Shown piece by piece: positions 50,572 to 63,361 of a stretch of 64,000 nt of DNA. A model generated the notes under the pieces. The model saw only the letters and a list, made by a program, of their open reading frames with translations, was not told the DNA's origin and searched no databases. This DNA comes from Toensbergia leucococca (Eukaryota). Made by a program: the position numbers and the translations under genes. The stretch covers positions 1 to 64,000 of the forward strand of contig JALDZS010000070.1 in NCBI GenBank assembly GCA_022813965.1, in the 5' to 3' direction. How positions within the stretch are numbered: the stretch's first letter is position 1; every line of letters starts with the position of its first letter.

Positions 50572-53500
50572 GAAAAATTGAACCACGAGACTGCCGAGCT
50601 AGAAGAATGCAGACCTATGAGATTAGGGAGCTATACGAGGAAGTGAGGTGTCGATACATCGACATTTCGAGGGAGGCAATCTCGCGAAATCGCTTGCAAC
50701 ACCGGAATTGGATCTTCCGTTTGGAGAAGGAGGCTTTCGGGGGGTGCACAGTCTTTCTATGATTTCTCAATCTTTGTGAATGTACTCGAGCAAGCTGACT
50801 GCGTTGGACACCAAAACGGCTGAGAGTCTCAAGATTTGGCTTACAACACGTTAGCTGAGAATCGGCGGCGTCACTAAGTAGTGTATATAGAAGCGAGACG
50901 AGTCGCCATTGTCAGTCTGTTGTTCAAAAGATAGTTTCTGAAGAATCCTTACCATCAAGCAACCATGGTCAATCTTCGATCGAAACCTCCACAGGTATCC
51001 GAGACACCTTTGTTGCCTCTGCATACCTACGTGGAGACGATTGAAAGGTATCGAGAGGGAAAACCGAGGCTGGTCAATGACATTGCCAACTAGCGAAACT
51101 CACCAAAACCCCGACGACAAGAGGGTTGCAGACATCATAAATGAAAAATTGCGTAAGCTGATCCTGCCGATATACAGTGAGAACATCACACTGCTGAACT
51201 TTAGTGCCTTGAAAACCTTCAATAGGACTTTCCGGCACGACTTCCTCGCTCTAGATGTTACTAATCGTAAGCCTATCATGTTCAAGTCCGATGCCGAGGG
51301 GAAAGGAGGAGCGGTCGAATTCGCTACGTCGTAGGTGTTCGAGCGAAAAAGGACAGAAAGCTGTTCACAGGCAATACTATGTACGTCTTTGGCAGGACTT
51401 GTCGTCTGTCTCTGTAGTTCTGGACTAACGAGGACTCGGGAGAAGTCGTGAGGTTTTTGAAGTGACTTGGTTTCCACAGACTGGTGAGTCGTTAGGCAGC
51501 CATCGTCTGATTACAAAAGCTTTTGCTACTATTGGAGATATGAATCCTGTTACAACATTAAAGAGGACAGGAGGGAAAAGAAAGAAATCAGTGAGTTGTG
51601 CGGTTCCTGGCAGAGTCTCAAAAGAAGAAGGCGCTCTAAGAAGAACTGACATATTGGAAGGAGACGTTGATTTTTTCAGGTCAGGGGATCAAAAATGTGC
51701 TATTTTGTGCTCTTTGAGTCTGTGTAATGATCTACTCACAATTCTGGCCTTTGTATTCACTCTCAATCTCCCAGTCTCTCTATTCTACGTTGTTGCAATC
51801 TATTATGCGTCCCTAGGCTTGTATATGATCTTGAAGCTCAGAAGAAATTGAAAGTTTAGCTCCAGCGGTAGTGCTGAAGTCTAAAGTATCACTACGGCAT
51901 GTGCTCAAAGGGCTGGCTTGCGAGATAGGAGATGGGGAACCTCTCACCAAGGCCCTCAGACATCATAGAAGAATGCGTTATAGATATGTGTCGCCGTTGT
52001 GAATTGGTCCTGGATGTAAGTATCCCCCTTTAACTCATTTCCAAGGCACAATTACTACAATTATCCACCCTCATTCCATTAAGTCATATAGTCCAAGTGT
52101 ATTAAAGCACTCTCGCTAACATTTGACAGAACTTTCGACACCAAAAAGTCGACTGTTCGATTCCCTGTCCCAGCGACAAAATCTATTCGTCTCCACACAT
52201 TTGGGAAGCGATTTAAATTACGGATTTAACTATCTCAGGGTGGATGTTTGCGAAGTCATGGGAAGGCCAGTGGGCCCGGCTGGTAGGATTGGCGATGAAT
52301 TGAAAACGGGCGATTGGGTGGGGTGGCATAGGATTCTTCAGGATTTACAAGACTACATCAGCAGTGAGTACTAGCCTTCGATTACTCCGGGTACTTGGAC
52401 TATGACTTTCTTTTTTGGTTTTTTTTGGTCTTTGGTCTTTTTGCCCCTTTCTCGGCTAAGGACATAGAGTGGTTAGCTGCAAATTATGAAGGCTGACTAT
52501 GTCGTTTAGCCTGGTGACTACAGATCCCAGTCCTTCTTCACTTCAAAGCCCAGAGTCTTCTCCTCAGCTCAAGACCATCAAGGGCTAGCACTCTAACTCG
52601 CCAGACAAGGATTCATGCTAGAGACGAGTGGCTCAAATTTCGACTCTCGAATTGACTAGCATCTCTTGTGCAGTACGCATCATGTCAATCTGTACTTCTT
52701 TCCTCTTGTCGCTCTCGTGAGCCTACTGGATTTTCTCCACTTCGAGTTCGAATCGGCAACCCGAATCACAATCAATTTGAGCCTGCTACTCTATTGCTGA
52801 CGAGAATACATCCAGACCGCAGTGGCGAGCGATTACATAGGAGGCTTCTACTTCGCCTTGGTGTTTGAGGAAGCCTTCCTGACTATCATTTTACTTTGCT
52901 TTGACTTGACTATTACTGCATAACTGCACCGTCCAAGTAAAGAGATGCCCATAGAAAAATCAAAGATCCTGGACCTATGTGATTGAATTGGTGGGCTAAG
53001 TCCATATCAAAATCCTTGCTTCTGTTTTTAGACTTGCTCCAAGCCTATATTGAAGTCGAACCACTTCTCTTAGGTGACCCGCCCTTTATGGCGTTTTTCA
53101 GGCTTTGCTACTGGATTGTGGAGCCTAGCGAAGATTCCGAGGCATCGCACTAGAATCGGAACAGTAGCCCTGGAGGTTTTCGGTACCGTGATATTCTTTC
53201 ATGTGCTATATCTGGAGCACATACGCTCGGTACGCGCGCCTTCGATATCGACCATCTACGTCTTCTTCCACCAGGTGTAGTAAAGGAAACATTCTGTGCT
53301 GAAACTACCCTAATCTTACAGAATCTATCATAAGGTGTTTCATTTTGAGCTGAGCGATGCTTTGCTCATACTATTGATCATTCTTCCGATTATGAGGACT
53401 TCTTTGGAGCTTTCATGGTGTCTATCTATATGAACAAAGTATGCGGAATGAAAGATTTCACAAAGAAAAGCAGACGATTTGACAGACGTCTTCTATGTGT

Positions 53501-54400
53501 AGACAAAGCCACATAGCACCTCGAAGATTTCCTTGGAAGCATACTAACAGGGCCGATGGGAATAAAGACTTGGTGATTACCTATACACCTCTAACGCCGG
53601 AAGCTTTTTCGGTAGGCGAAATACTCGGTTTGCCGATTGACAGAAACGTGTAGGGCCTGGGTTATCCAATGGATTGCATGTCAGCCAAGACTGTCCGCAG
53701 CATGGCCGATCCGATCATCTCTTCCCCTCTTCCCCTCTCCCCATAGACTATCAACCGTACCACAGATCTTCAATCTTCACCGTTTCACTGCAGAGCATGC
53801 CAAACATTGAGGCACAGTTTTCCGAGGGGATTGTCTTCATCACGTCAATAATCTTGGGCAAAGACTTCTGGTGGAAAACCGCTTTACCTTTCAAGAGTAC
53901 CTCGTTGCAGCTTAGGACCGTCATATCCCTTAATAAAGTCGCTAAGCCCTAATTTCGAAGCTCTGCATACCTTCTCAGAATACTCACGGATCGCCTTTCT
54001 AAATAGACTTCAGATAGACAAAAAGATAATCGGGTTAGTACCTCTTGGATCCTTTTGCTCATTTGCTAGCCAGCATTGAGAGAATGCAAGCTTATCATCC
54101 GCTGCAAAACCTGCAGAAGCCATTCTGCAGCTCGCCTGAACAGCTCGATGGTATTGATGATGATTCGATTTGTCACAGTGGGCCCCAAGGAGACGACAGC
54201 ACCTGATGAGCGTCGACGTATCAAACGTGCATGAACACACCCTCTTATTTCCCCTTCTCCGCAAAGACGAAATCCCATTACCGCCTTTGAGATCTCCATG
54301 AAAGAATAACGACGACTGCAACTTGATTATAAAGGGACCCTCCATCACCTAGTATCTATCCACAATTTCTGTGTCACTATTCCGAGCAACGTCTTTGAGT

Positions 54401-55513
54401 ATGGCTCTCCCATACCCCGAAGGAGAAGTCTACTTCAAAAGCGCCACTCTCAAACTCAACAATTTCGATGCTTCGGATGATATGTCATTCTATAGTAATT
54501 TCCTCGTCGAGTATGTCTGGAATAGGCCTTACTGTACCAATTTTGAGATCGAGACTACAAAGAATCATCCCCGTTCCACGCTCAGGACGGGCTTCGGTGA
54601 CCTGTGGGCTACCAGATTCGGCGTATGGGACACTACATACGTGCTCTTCAGCGACAAAGACGACGGTACTGGAGTGTTTCGCCAAGCTGTTATCAAGAAC
54701 AACGAGAATTTCAACGAGACGCGGGACTTCGACTCGAGTGGTACACGAAAGACAAGGATTTGCGCTGTCCCAATGGGTCCGGAAAAGTACATGTACATCG
54801 ATCTCACAGTGCCCATCCGTGCGATCTACTTTCCCATCGCCTCCAAGTCCAGCCAGGTCAACGAGAACCTATGTACGTACTTGATGGTCGACTTCCGTCT
54901 CCGAAAAGGCGTCAAGATGCGATCCAGGGACAGTGATAGCGAACATGACGTGCCGTATAGCTACAAGGACGGCCTCAATTTCCGCGCCTACCAGTCCCTT
55001 TGCTTTAACATTCCAGGCATCTATGCTCTTCTGGCACTTCCACAACAAATGCGGAACATGGACAAGGGTCTGTATCAGACTACAGTCAAAGGGGAAGAGC
55101 TCATCAATCTATGGGGCGCCGAGAATATCAACAAGGGCCGCGTCAAATACGGAGCTCCTAGCAACAGCACGACCATCGAGTTCTCCCGTTTGATCGACCT
55201 CGCGACTGTGCTTCTGGACAACTTCGGCGTCGACATCAGTTGGACTCCTTACGAACATAGTTCATGGGTTCTCAATTTTCTTCAACAAGTCTCCACCCTA
55301 GGCTTGGCATTCATTCCCATCGCGGGGCCTTTGATCTCGGTCAGCTTTGCCGTCGGACTCAAAGCTATCACGGATCCAGATACCTTCAAGTCGGAGAACG
55401 TCTTGGGGCTGACGGCGGACGTGATGGCTGCTGTTCTTGCCACGGCACTTGCCATGAAGGGCAACGTACCAACTAGTTTCCTTGGTAAGAAGACGGTCTT
55501 TTTGAGCCATTGA
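54401..55513 (+). CDS. Hypothetical protein, 370 aa, intronless
   Basis: Long ORF with coding-like C-ending codon bias and TATAAA at about 54328. Hydrophobic C-terminal segments (LGLAFIPIAGPLISVSFAVG; VMAAVLATALAM). Confidence 0.75.
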   Translation: MALPYPEGEVYFKSATLKLNNFDASDDMSFYSNFLVEYVWNRPYCTNFEIETTKNHPRSTLRTGFGDLWATRFGVWDTTYVLFSDKDDGTGVFRQAVIKNNENFNETRDFDSSGTRKTRICAVPMGPEKYMYIDLTVPIRAIYFPIASKSSQVNENLCTYLMVDFRLRKGVKMRSRDSDSEHDVPYSYKDGLNFRAYQSLCFNIPGIYALLALPQQMRNMDKGLYQTTVKGEELINLWGAENINKGRVKYGAPSNSTTIEFSRLIDLATVLLDNFGVDISWTPYEHSSWVLNFLQQVSTLGLAFIPIAGPLISVSFAVGLKAITDPDTFKSENVLGLTADVMAAVLATALAMKGNVPTSFLGKKTVFLSH

Positions 55514-56284
55514 CTGGGTAACGGAACATTGCTCGGCAAGTAGAAAGTCGGTGATGGAGACTCTGGGCCTTGGTCTTTCATACAACATGTGTCAGTCATT
55601 CCATTGTTATTGAGTCCACTTTAGGACCTCTCCAACACTACTCTATTGCGAGTCTACAAGTTGGCCTCGTGCATCCATGACTATAAGGTATCCTAAAGCC
55701 TGTTGGTCTATGATGTATGCATCGCTAAATTTACATTAATGTCGAACGTCATCAGACAATTTTGCTCGCCAGACCACTCTTCATGTTCTCGGCTTACCGG
55801 TTTGTACTTTCACATCTAAGTCTGACATTGCAGCTACCTTCACCTGATAAACAACCTGGGTCAAATTGATCGTATCCTCATTTAATTGGTAAGCTCATTC
55901 AAATGGCAAGTTGAGGGCAGGTAGACTTTCGTCGGGAACAGACGAAATCTAAGATCGAACCATAGAAGCGTGCACGACTTTCTTAAGTATTAAAGGTCAT
56001 AGACAGTAAGTTGGTGATCTGTAACGACGGCCATGTGACGGGAAGCTATCATCATGTTACTGAATACTCCATGGTAGGTACTACTTTCATTCTCTTAGAT
56101 GAGGTTTGATACGGTCGCACGTCCACCAAAGATTCATTCACAAAGGTAGGATCGACTACTTTCTCATTGTTACACCTAATTATGTCAACTCTTTGTGTCT
56201 CACGCTGAACCTCTGGCTTGCTCAGCTTCTCACCAGCTTTCATAACAATCAACGCTTAAGTCTCACGCTTGCTGCTCTTAATAC

Positions 56285-57024
56285 ATGGCTTCTTCAAGGA
56301 AGGAGTCATCTCGTGGGTTAGAATCTTACATGTTTCCCTAAAACCATCGCCACTTACTGACTCTATCCTGTAATTTAGTTCCCTTTATGATACCATCATA
56401 TATGTGGAAGTTGGGCCTAGCAAAGTTAAATTCGGCATCCATAAGGGACTCTTGTGTCACCATTCCTCCTACTTCAAAGCCGCGCTCACTGAGGGCTTTA
56501 AAGAGGCTTTAGAGGGCACCATTGCGCTAGATGAGGACCGAGTCGACGTTTTCAAAGTCTTCAATACATGGCTGTACACTGGCACGCTTTGTGCACATGA
56601 AGGGTGGACAGAACTTAAGAATGATCATAATTTTCTTACCAAGTTGTATCTCTTCTCGGATAAGAGAGGCGTTCCCGCTCTGCAAAACGATAGTATCGAC
56701 GTTATAATCGACGGATATCTTCGTCTAGATCTCATTCCATGCTACGACATATGTCACATTTGGGAGAACACGGTTGACTCATCGAAACTTCGGAAACTCG
56801 TTGTGGATTTTTGGGTGCGCAATGCAGACTTCCAATCAGTGTTCCATCTTTGTGAAAAGAACAAGCATGCGATGTTCCCGCAAGATTTTTTATTTGATGT
56901 CCTTTCCGCCATCTCTGAAGCAAAGAAGGTTCTCAAATTCCAGACTCTCGAGACTCTCGATCCGATTTGCAAGGATCGCTGCGACTATCATATCCACGGA
57001 AAAGATGAACCCCGTTGCAAATAG
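56285..57024 (+). CDS. BTB/POZ-domain protein, 2 exons
   Basis: Motifs VEVG..FGIHKGLLCHHSSYFKAAL..FKEA..FNTWLYTG..KLYLFSDKRGVPALQND..SKLRKLVVD..CDYHIH. Short first exon MASSRKESSR and intron at about 56317-56378. Confidence 0.88.
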
Positions 57025-58373
57025 AGATCCGAGAGAAGCATCCGAATGGAACTCGCTACGTACCAACCTTGAGTAACCGATCCGATTTCCAACTGCTGGT
57101 AATATGTTAGATAGTCTTGAGCTGCGGCAGTCTACATTTGGTTCAAAGTCTCGTGGTACAGATCAAGGTCGAGTCCTAAGATAGTGCTTATCTGGCGGTG
57201 AACTTGTGGATCTCAATTCAGCCTTAATGTTTGTTGAGCTTCAGGACATCTTCTGACTAGGTATCTAATCAAGTCAAATACCCAATCCGCAATTTCAGAC
57301 TCTTGATACTTCACACGCGATTTCGTCCAAAATCCCAGTCGTGAGCACTTTACTCTGACTGCTTGCTCGTGCCTCTTTTCTATACATTCTCCCAAGACTG
57401 CCGTTCCTCATAATCTCACTGACTTCACTGTTAAAATAGCTAAGAGATAGAAAACCAATCTTTGATGCCATAATTGACACTGAAAGCATGATTTTTTCCT
57501 TTGTATTTCCTTTACCTTTCATACCAGCATCAGCTCTATAATTGTTCCCACTTTCTACGCCTGCAGCGTTGTCATTGCAGATAGAAGAGAGCAGAGACCC
57601 AGTGTCTCAAGTGATGTTGCTTGAGTGGTGTGAATTTCCATGTCAAGCAGGGCAAGATGGGGGTTTGAAGTGTTTGGCGTGTCTCTATGAATATGACCTT
57701 TGAATGCTTACAGAAATCATTTCTTCTGAAGCATTGATTATTAGGTACCTTGTTGTCTCGACTGGCCGCACCTTAGTACGTATTTGCTCAGTTAGGGGTA
57801 AGGGGCAAGGTAGCAGGTACCTTACCTTAGTGGAGTGTCTCGCTTATCTGCGAGGCACCAAGGTACGTAATTCGGGCCGCTCCGGAGTGCCGGCAGCTTA
57901 TTTATTTATAACCGTCACTCCCACCAACTGCATCTTCATTTCCCGTCTATTATAAATGAGGAACGAATTTCGTGTGGAGGAGTTGAATTTTCAATTCTAA
58001 TGACGACATTTACCTTGGCACGATTAACGACAGATTGGAAAACTCCGAATTTTCTATTAGATTGAAGAAGGAAACATGGCTGCGGCGTCGGAGCGTATCG
58101 CTTAAGAAGTGCTCGCGGCCATCAGCATAATCCTAATCTTAACAGTGACGGCTCGGCCTGCATCTTGCTTGGCTTTGTTGCATTCTCGGCGCAAAATGTT
58201 TCAGCCTCGCTCCTCCTTTTCGTCCGACGAGGCTACAGTCTGTGAGTAGTAGCTTTGCTACGCCGCTTGGAAGCAATAAATGCCCGCTTTTGTTGTTCAG
58301 TCCTCTGGAGCCAGTAGTCGGGGCCTTTGTCTACATTTCCCTGATCTCACCTGCACTTTCAAGAACTTGAGCC

Positions 58374-59682
58374 ATGTTGTACTCTGTCGTCTTCTTGATA
58401 GCTATTTTCCTCCATGTTTTTGTTCAAGGTGATCAGCTTCCCATCACCGACATCCAACTCTACTCTCAGGTTGAATTCGGCGTCCAGGATTGCGTCACTG
58501 AAGAATTCTCAATCTTCATCACCTCCTTTGGCTGCGCAGTCACCAATCCAGCCCAATGTATGTGTACTGATAGCAGCAAGTCCTATAAAGCTGCTAGCGG
58601 GATGCTATCTTGTGCTTCATCAGGAGGAGCATGGACTTCATCAGATGCGTCTACTGCCACTCTTATCTAGGCATCGTATTGCTTGGCCAATGCTGGCGTT
58701 TCAGCACGCGATCAAACACTCCTGCAAGATTTTCCGCTATACGCCCAAGTACCCGGACAAATAAATGACTGTGCGACGAAAATCACATCTCAGTTCAGCA
58801 CAGCATATGGATGCAATTTCGTCACGCCGGCATCTTGCTTATGTGCAAACAGCCAAAGCTCCTCTGCTATTCAAAGTGCTTTGCTTAGCTGTGCGAGCCA
58901 AGAAGTCGACACTCTGACCCAAGCGAGCTCAATTTCGATGCTTTGGCAGTCTTACTGCAGTGCCAATCTTGCGACGAGCACCATCAGGCACATCAATGCA
59001 GTGCCCACTACATCTGGAAGTGCTCCATCTGGGGCATCACAATCTGCTGTACCTTCAGGTACCACTTCCGTGCCGACAAGTAAGCGTCCGTCCCTTGAAT
59101 ACTAGTACCAAGTAATCCTCTGACCCTCGTGCCCAAGGTACCAGTGAGGCTACTACGACCACTACATCAACGACTTCCAACAATCCTTCGTCATCTGGGT
59201 CCCAAAGTTCGTCTATCCTAAGCGTCGGGGCCCAGGTCGGCGTTGCAGTCGGCGCCGCAGTTGGTGCAGCTCTCCTGACAATGCTTGGCGCTTGGTACAG
59301 GCCTGGACAATTCGGTCGCTTTGTAACCTGCGGACTATGGCCCAAAAAGAATTATCATATTAGTCCTACGACCGCCACGAAAGAAGCTAGGACACAACTG
59401 GAACATTTCCTGGCTGCTCCTGTCAGAGTGATCGTGGAGTTAGTACATCCGCAAACAGGCCGGCAAGAGCCCAATTCGTCCGCTTCAGGGCAATTCCATG
59501 AGCTGGAATCCAATTCTAAAGGCATGCAGCCGCAGCGTGCTTCTACTAGGTCCGGACCAGGTGTTTTTCGTATGAATTCGATGGGCCCGGGTGTGTCTAA
59601 TACTTACGACGAGAGGCCGGGTGTACCCAACTCTCACTACGATAGGCCGGACGCAAAATCCAGCAATGTTCGCTATGCATGA
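58374..59682 (+). CDS. Type I membrane protein (signal peptide, two Cys-rich CFEM-like repeats, Ser/Thr stalk, TM helix, tail) with an in-frame TAG at 58668-58670
   Basis: ORFs 58374-58670 and 58683-59105 share a frame. Intron at about 59079-59137 (GTAAGC..CTGAC..AAG), then TM segment VGAQVGVAVGAAVGAALLTMLGAW leading into ORF 59281-59682. Confidence 0.75.
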
Positions 59683-60459
59683 GAGTAAAGAGAGGCAGAA
59701 ATCTTCAAAAATTGTTAGCTGGAGCTGCGACTTGAAGTTATAATGTCTCCTTGGCTTTGATTCTCAAGGAGGTAATGAGCTGGTCTGCAACGGAAAGCAC
59801 TAACAGGGCGGTCATGTTTGCGAATTGACCAACGATATAATGATGCATCCTTTTCGTAATTTTGCTTCTATGCTTCTCTGTTTGTATCTCTATATTAACC
59901 AAATTTCTCATTTTTTGAAAGAAATCTTTACAGGTATCATTATGGTTCAGCTACAGCGCATAATTTTTCAACTGATGACTGTATTCTTTTCAACTCAATA
60001 CTTTTATTAAGTAAGATTAATGACCTTCTAATCAAAAAGTCTCATTACCTAATGGATTGACCAATCAAGATACAACGAAGGAGCTCTGTGATGAGTTCTT
60101 AAACTGACAACTTTAGTCATGCAAATAAGTCTTTGCATTTTTCAATAAACCTCTTTGCCTTAGTCTCTCAATGAAGTCGAATCCCCTGAGTCATGGCATG
60201 TGGCCACCACGAATTCACAATCAGGATGAAGACTCACACCTCAATCTCCCTATCTATAAAGTGCAAGAGTTTTCTTCTATCTTTACTCTCACTCATATCT
60301 CAACTTCAGATACTCAGACCTCACATCTCTCATCATTTCCATCAAAACTCACATTTATCCCTCACACTTCAAACCAAACCTCACCCCCTCTCACACACGC
60401 CATCCACCACCCAGCAAAAGCTCACCCTAAATCCTCCAAATCTTGAAAAACTGCGAAAA

Positions 60460-60639
60460 ATGTGCATCTACGTCTACTGGGTCTACTCCCACTGCGGCCA
60501 CCCCACGGGCCCTTATCGCGCTTGATGTCGTCCACGCCAGGTGCAGACGGCGGATGGATGGGTGAGTGCTGAGTGTGATGTTATGAACGCGGAATATTAT
60601 GTGAGGGATGGGCGGTGCGCGGATTGTGGTGGGGGGTAG
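60460..60639 (+). pseudogene. Small Cys/His microprotein (MC..CGH...CxxC) with an in-frame TGA at 60523-60525
   Basis: Translation MCIYVYWVYSHCGHPTGPYRA*CRPRQVQTADGWVSAECDVMNAEYYVRDGRCADCGGG*. Preceded by TATAAA at about 60255, a CA-rich leader and an AAAAATG start context. Confidence 0.55.
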
Positions 60640-61399
60640 GAGGGGAGGGGTTGAGGTGAGGTTTGAATGAGGGAGGTGCTGAGGTTTGAGTTGAGTGTTG
60701 GGAGAGAGTGATGGGGGAGTCTGGTTTTGAAGGGTTGAAGGGTGGGTTTTTTTAGTTGAGGTGGGTGTGATGCTTGATTGAAGAGAGAGAATGGATTCTT
60801 TTGAGAGGTTGAGGCTTTTCTGCGAGGTTTCTTGTGAATGATAGTCTTTTGACACTAGAAGGTATGTGATAGCGGTTCAGGGTGTAATGTTAAAGCTGTG
60901 ATGATCAATAGCCTGTCTTGTTACGGAGTACTTGTATGTAATAAAAGATCATGATCTTCACTTCATGTCAAGGACTAATCTATTGATGCAGTATGACTGA
61001 GAAAACTAATTATGAGGGTTGATGAACATGCAGAATCAGATTTTGAAAGGGTTTAGCCTTAGGCTGAGTCATGTGATGACTCAAAGATCAAACCGTTGTG
61101 ACATGACAATTTACAATTTCCCACCACCATTCTTACTTTTTATTATTCTCTTTTCATTCTGTATTGCGCCATGGATGTGTGCTACACTTTGACTTGCATG
61201 AGTATCAGGAAATGGCCAATCAGATATCTCAGTCAAGCATTCTGTTTCCTGCTGCCAAGACGTAGCATCCGTCGCCAAAGGGAGGAAAACCCTAAGCCCC
61301 AAATTGCTTGGATAGGTAAAGCCAAGTTTGATTTATCAAGGACCGCATATTCAATGCTCGTAAGTTATTGTTCTCGGACTTCCTCCTTTCAGTGCGATA

Positions 61400-63361
61400 A
61401 TGGCAACCCAAATTGGGCCGTCATATGAAGATAGAGGCGACTTTGAAGACGCCGAAAGAGGATTCCTTCGTGCTCTAAAGCCATGTATTGTCAAAGCAGC
61501 TAGCGGTCGTGTCATCTGGAACAATGACAGCTATAAATTCCTGGACGCTGAGTGCCCCCCAACAGCTAATCCTTCATTATGGAGACAATCCCAGATTTGT
61601 TCCAAACAGGGACTTTTCCAGGTCACTGAAGGCGTTTATCAGGTCCGCGGTCTAGATATCTCGAATATCACTTTTGTTGAAACGACGAGTGGTGTGATTG
61701 TTATTGATCCTCTGATCTCGGGAGAATGTGCAGAGGCAGCAATGGGTCTCTACCAGCTGGAGCGCCCAGGCCGCTCGCCGAAGGCCTTGATATTTACTCA
61801 CTCACACAGCGATCACTTTGGTGGAGCCCCTGCCATTCTTCGCAAGGCAAAGAAAGAGGATGACGTCCCAATCATCGCACCGGAAGGCTTTTTTGATGAA
61901 GCAATCAGCGAGAATGTCTATGCTGGCAATGCAATGAACAGACGTGCCATCTTCATGTACGGAGGCTGGCTGCCCAGAGCCCCTGACGGCCAGATCGGTT
62001 TTGGCTTAGGCATGGCTACTTCGGGTGGAACGCCGACTTTACTGAAACCAACCGTGACCGTTGACAGGACTCACCAGAAGTTGACAGTCGACGGCATCGA
62101 GATGGAGTTCCAAATCACCCCAGGTACTGAAGCTCCGGCAGAGATGAATTTTTATTTCCCAAAGTATCGCGCCCTTTGTATCGCCGAGAATGCAGGTCAT
62201 ACTCTACACAACCTTTTGACCCTACGAGGAGCATTGGTCCGCGATGCACGAGCCTGGTCCCGCTATTTGAACGAGTCTATCGTACTTTTTGCTCATAAGA
62301 GTGACGTGCTCTTTGGTGGCCATGCCTGGCCTACCTGGGGCCAACCTGCCATCACTAGGTTTTTATCAGAGCAACGTGATCTCTACGCCTACCTTCACGA
62401 CCAGACCCTCCGCATGATCAACGACGGCCTCACAGGCATCGAAATCGCAGAAGACTTCCAGCTCCCAGACTCCCTGGCCAAGCGCTGGCATGCCCGCGGC
62501 TACTACGGCTCCATCAGCCACAACGTCAAAGCAATCTACCAACGCTACATGGGCTGGTTCGACGGCAACCCCGCCCACCTCTGGGAGCACCCGCCCGTCG
62601 CAGCCGCAAAACGCTACGTCGACTGCATGGGCGGCCCCGCCAAAGTCATCGCCCTCGCCAAATCCTACAAAGCAAACAAAGACCTCCGCTTCGCGGCCAC
62701 CTTACTCAACCACGCCATCTTCGCCACCGGCGCCTCCCCCAAAGCTGGCCAAACCACCAACCAACTCGAAGTCCACGTCCGAGCAAAGGAGGACCTCGCC
62801 GCCGTCTACGACCAGCTGGGCTACGGCGCCGAAAACGGCACGTGGCGCAACTTCTACCTCAACGGCGCCCAAGAACTGCGCAAGGGCATCAAAACCTCCT
62901 ACGTGACCATGCGCAACGAAAAATCCCTCATGGCCCTCGACATCGAACATGTGCTCGACATGCTCTCCATCCGCCTCGACGGGCCCCGCGCCCAACACCA
63001 CGCCTTCATCATCGACATGACCGTCTCCGACCGCCGCCAGCGCTGGCGCTTAACCCTCAGCAACGGCGCTCTGTCTCACTATCTAATGCTCCAACCCGGC
63101 GAAGAAGAAGAAGAAGAGCAAGGGTCGTCGGCTGCTGCTCTGCCGGCTGCACCGGACTTCAGCTTCGAGCTTTCGCAGCAGAGGCTGGCGAGGCTGATTT
63201 TGGAGCCTGAGGGGGGCGTGGGGGATGTGGGGGTGCGGAATGGGGATGAGGGTGTTTTGGGCACGTTGTTTGGGTTGTTGGTGCCTGTTGAGCCTGGGTT
63301 TGCGGTTGTGACGGCTGAGGTTGAGGGGGGTGCTGGTGCTGCTTCGGCGTCGAAACTTTGA
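61400..63361 (+). CDS. Alkyl/aryl sulfatase of the SdsA1/BDS1 family (metallo-beta-lactamase fold, dimerisation and SCP2-like domains), intronless
   Basis: Motifs DFEDAERGF, NPSLWRQ, YQVRGLDISN, THSHSDHFGG, PGTEAPAEM, HNLLTLRGALVRD, RGYYGS, YQRYMGWFDGNPA, WRNFYL. Confidence 0.92.
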   Translation: MATQIGPSYEDRGDFEDAERGFLRALKPCIVKAASGRVIWNNDSYKFLDAECPPTANPSLWRQSQICSKQGLFQVTEGVYQVRGLDISNITFVETTSGVIVIDPLISGECAEAAMGLYQLERPGRSPKALIFTHSHSDHFGGAPAILRKAKKEDDVPIIAPEGFFDEAISENVYAGNAMNRRAIFMYGGWLPRAPDGQIGFGLGMATSGGTPTLLKPTVTVDRTHQKLTVDGIEMEFQITPGTEAPAEMNFYFPKYRALCIAENAGHTLHNLLTLRGALVRDARAWSRYLNESIVLFAHKSDVLFGGHAWPTWGQPAITRFLSEQRDLYAYLHDQTLRMINDGLTGIEIAEDFQLPDSLAKRWHARGYYGSISHNVKAIYQRYMGWFDGNPAHLWEHPPVAAAKRYVDCMGGPAKVIALAKSYKANKDLRFAATLLNHAIFATGASPKAGQTTNQLEVHVRAKEDLAAVYDQLGYGAENGTWRNFYLNGAQELRKGIKTSYVTMRNEKSLMALDIEHVLDMLSIRLDGPRAQHHAFIIDMTVSDRRQRWRLTLSNGALSHYLMLQPGEEEEEEQGSSAAALPAAPDFSFELSQQRLARLILEPEGGVGDVGVRNGDEGVLGTLFGLLVPVEPGFAVVTAEVEGGAGAASASKL

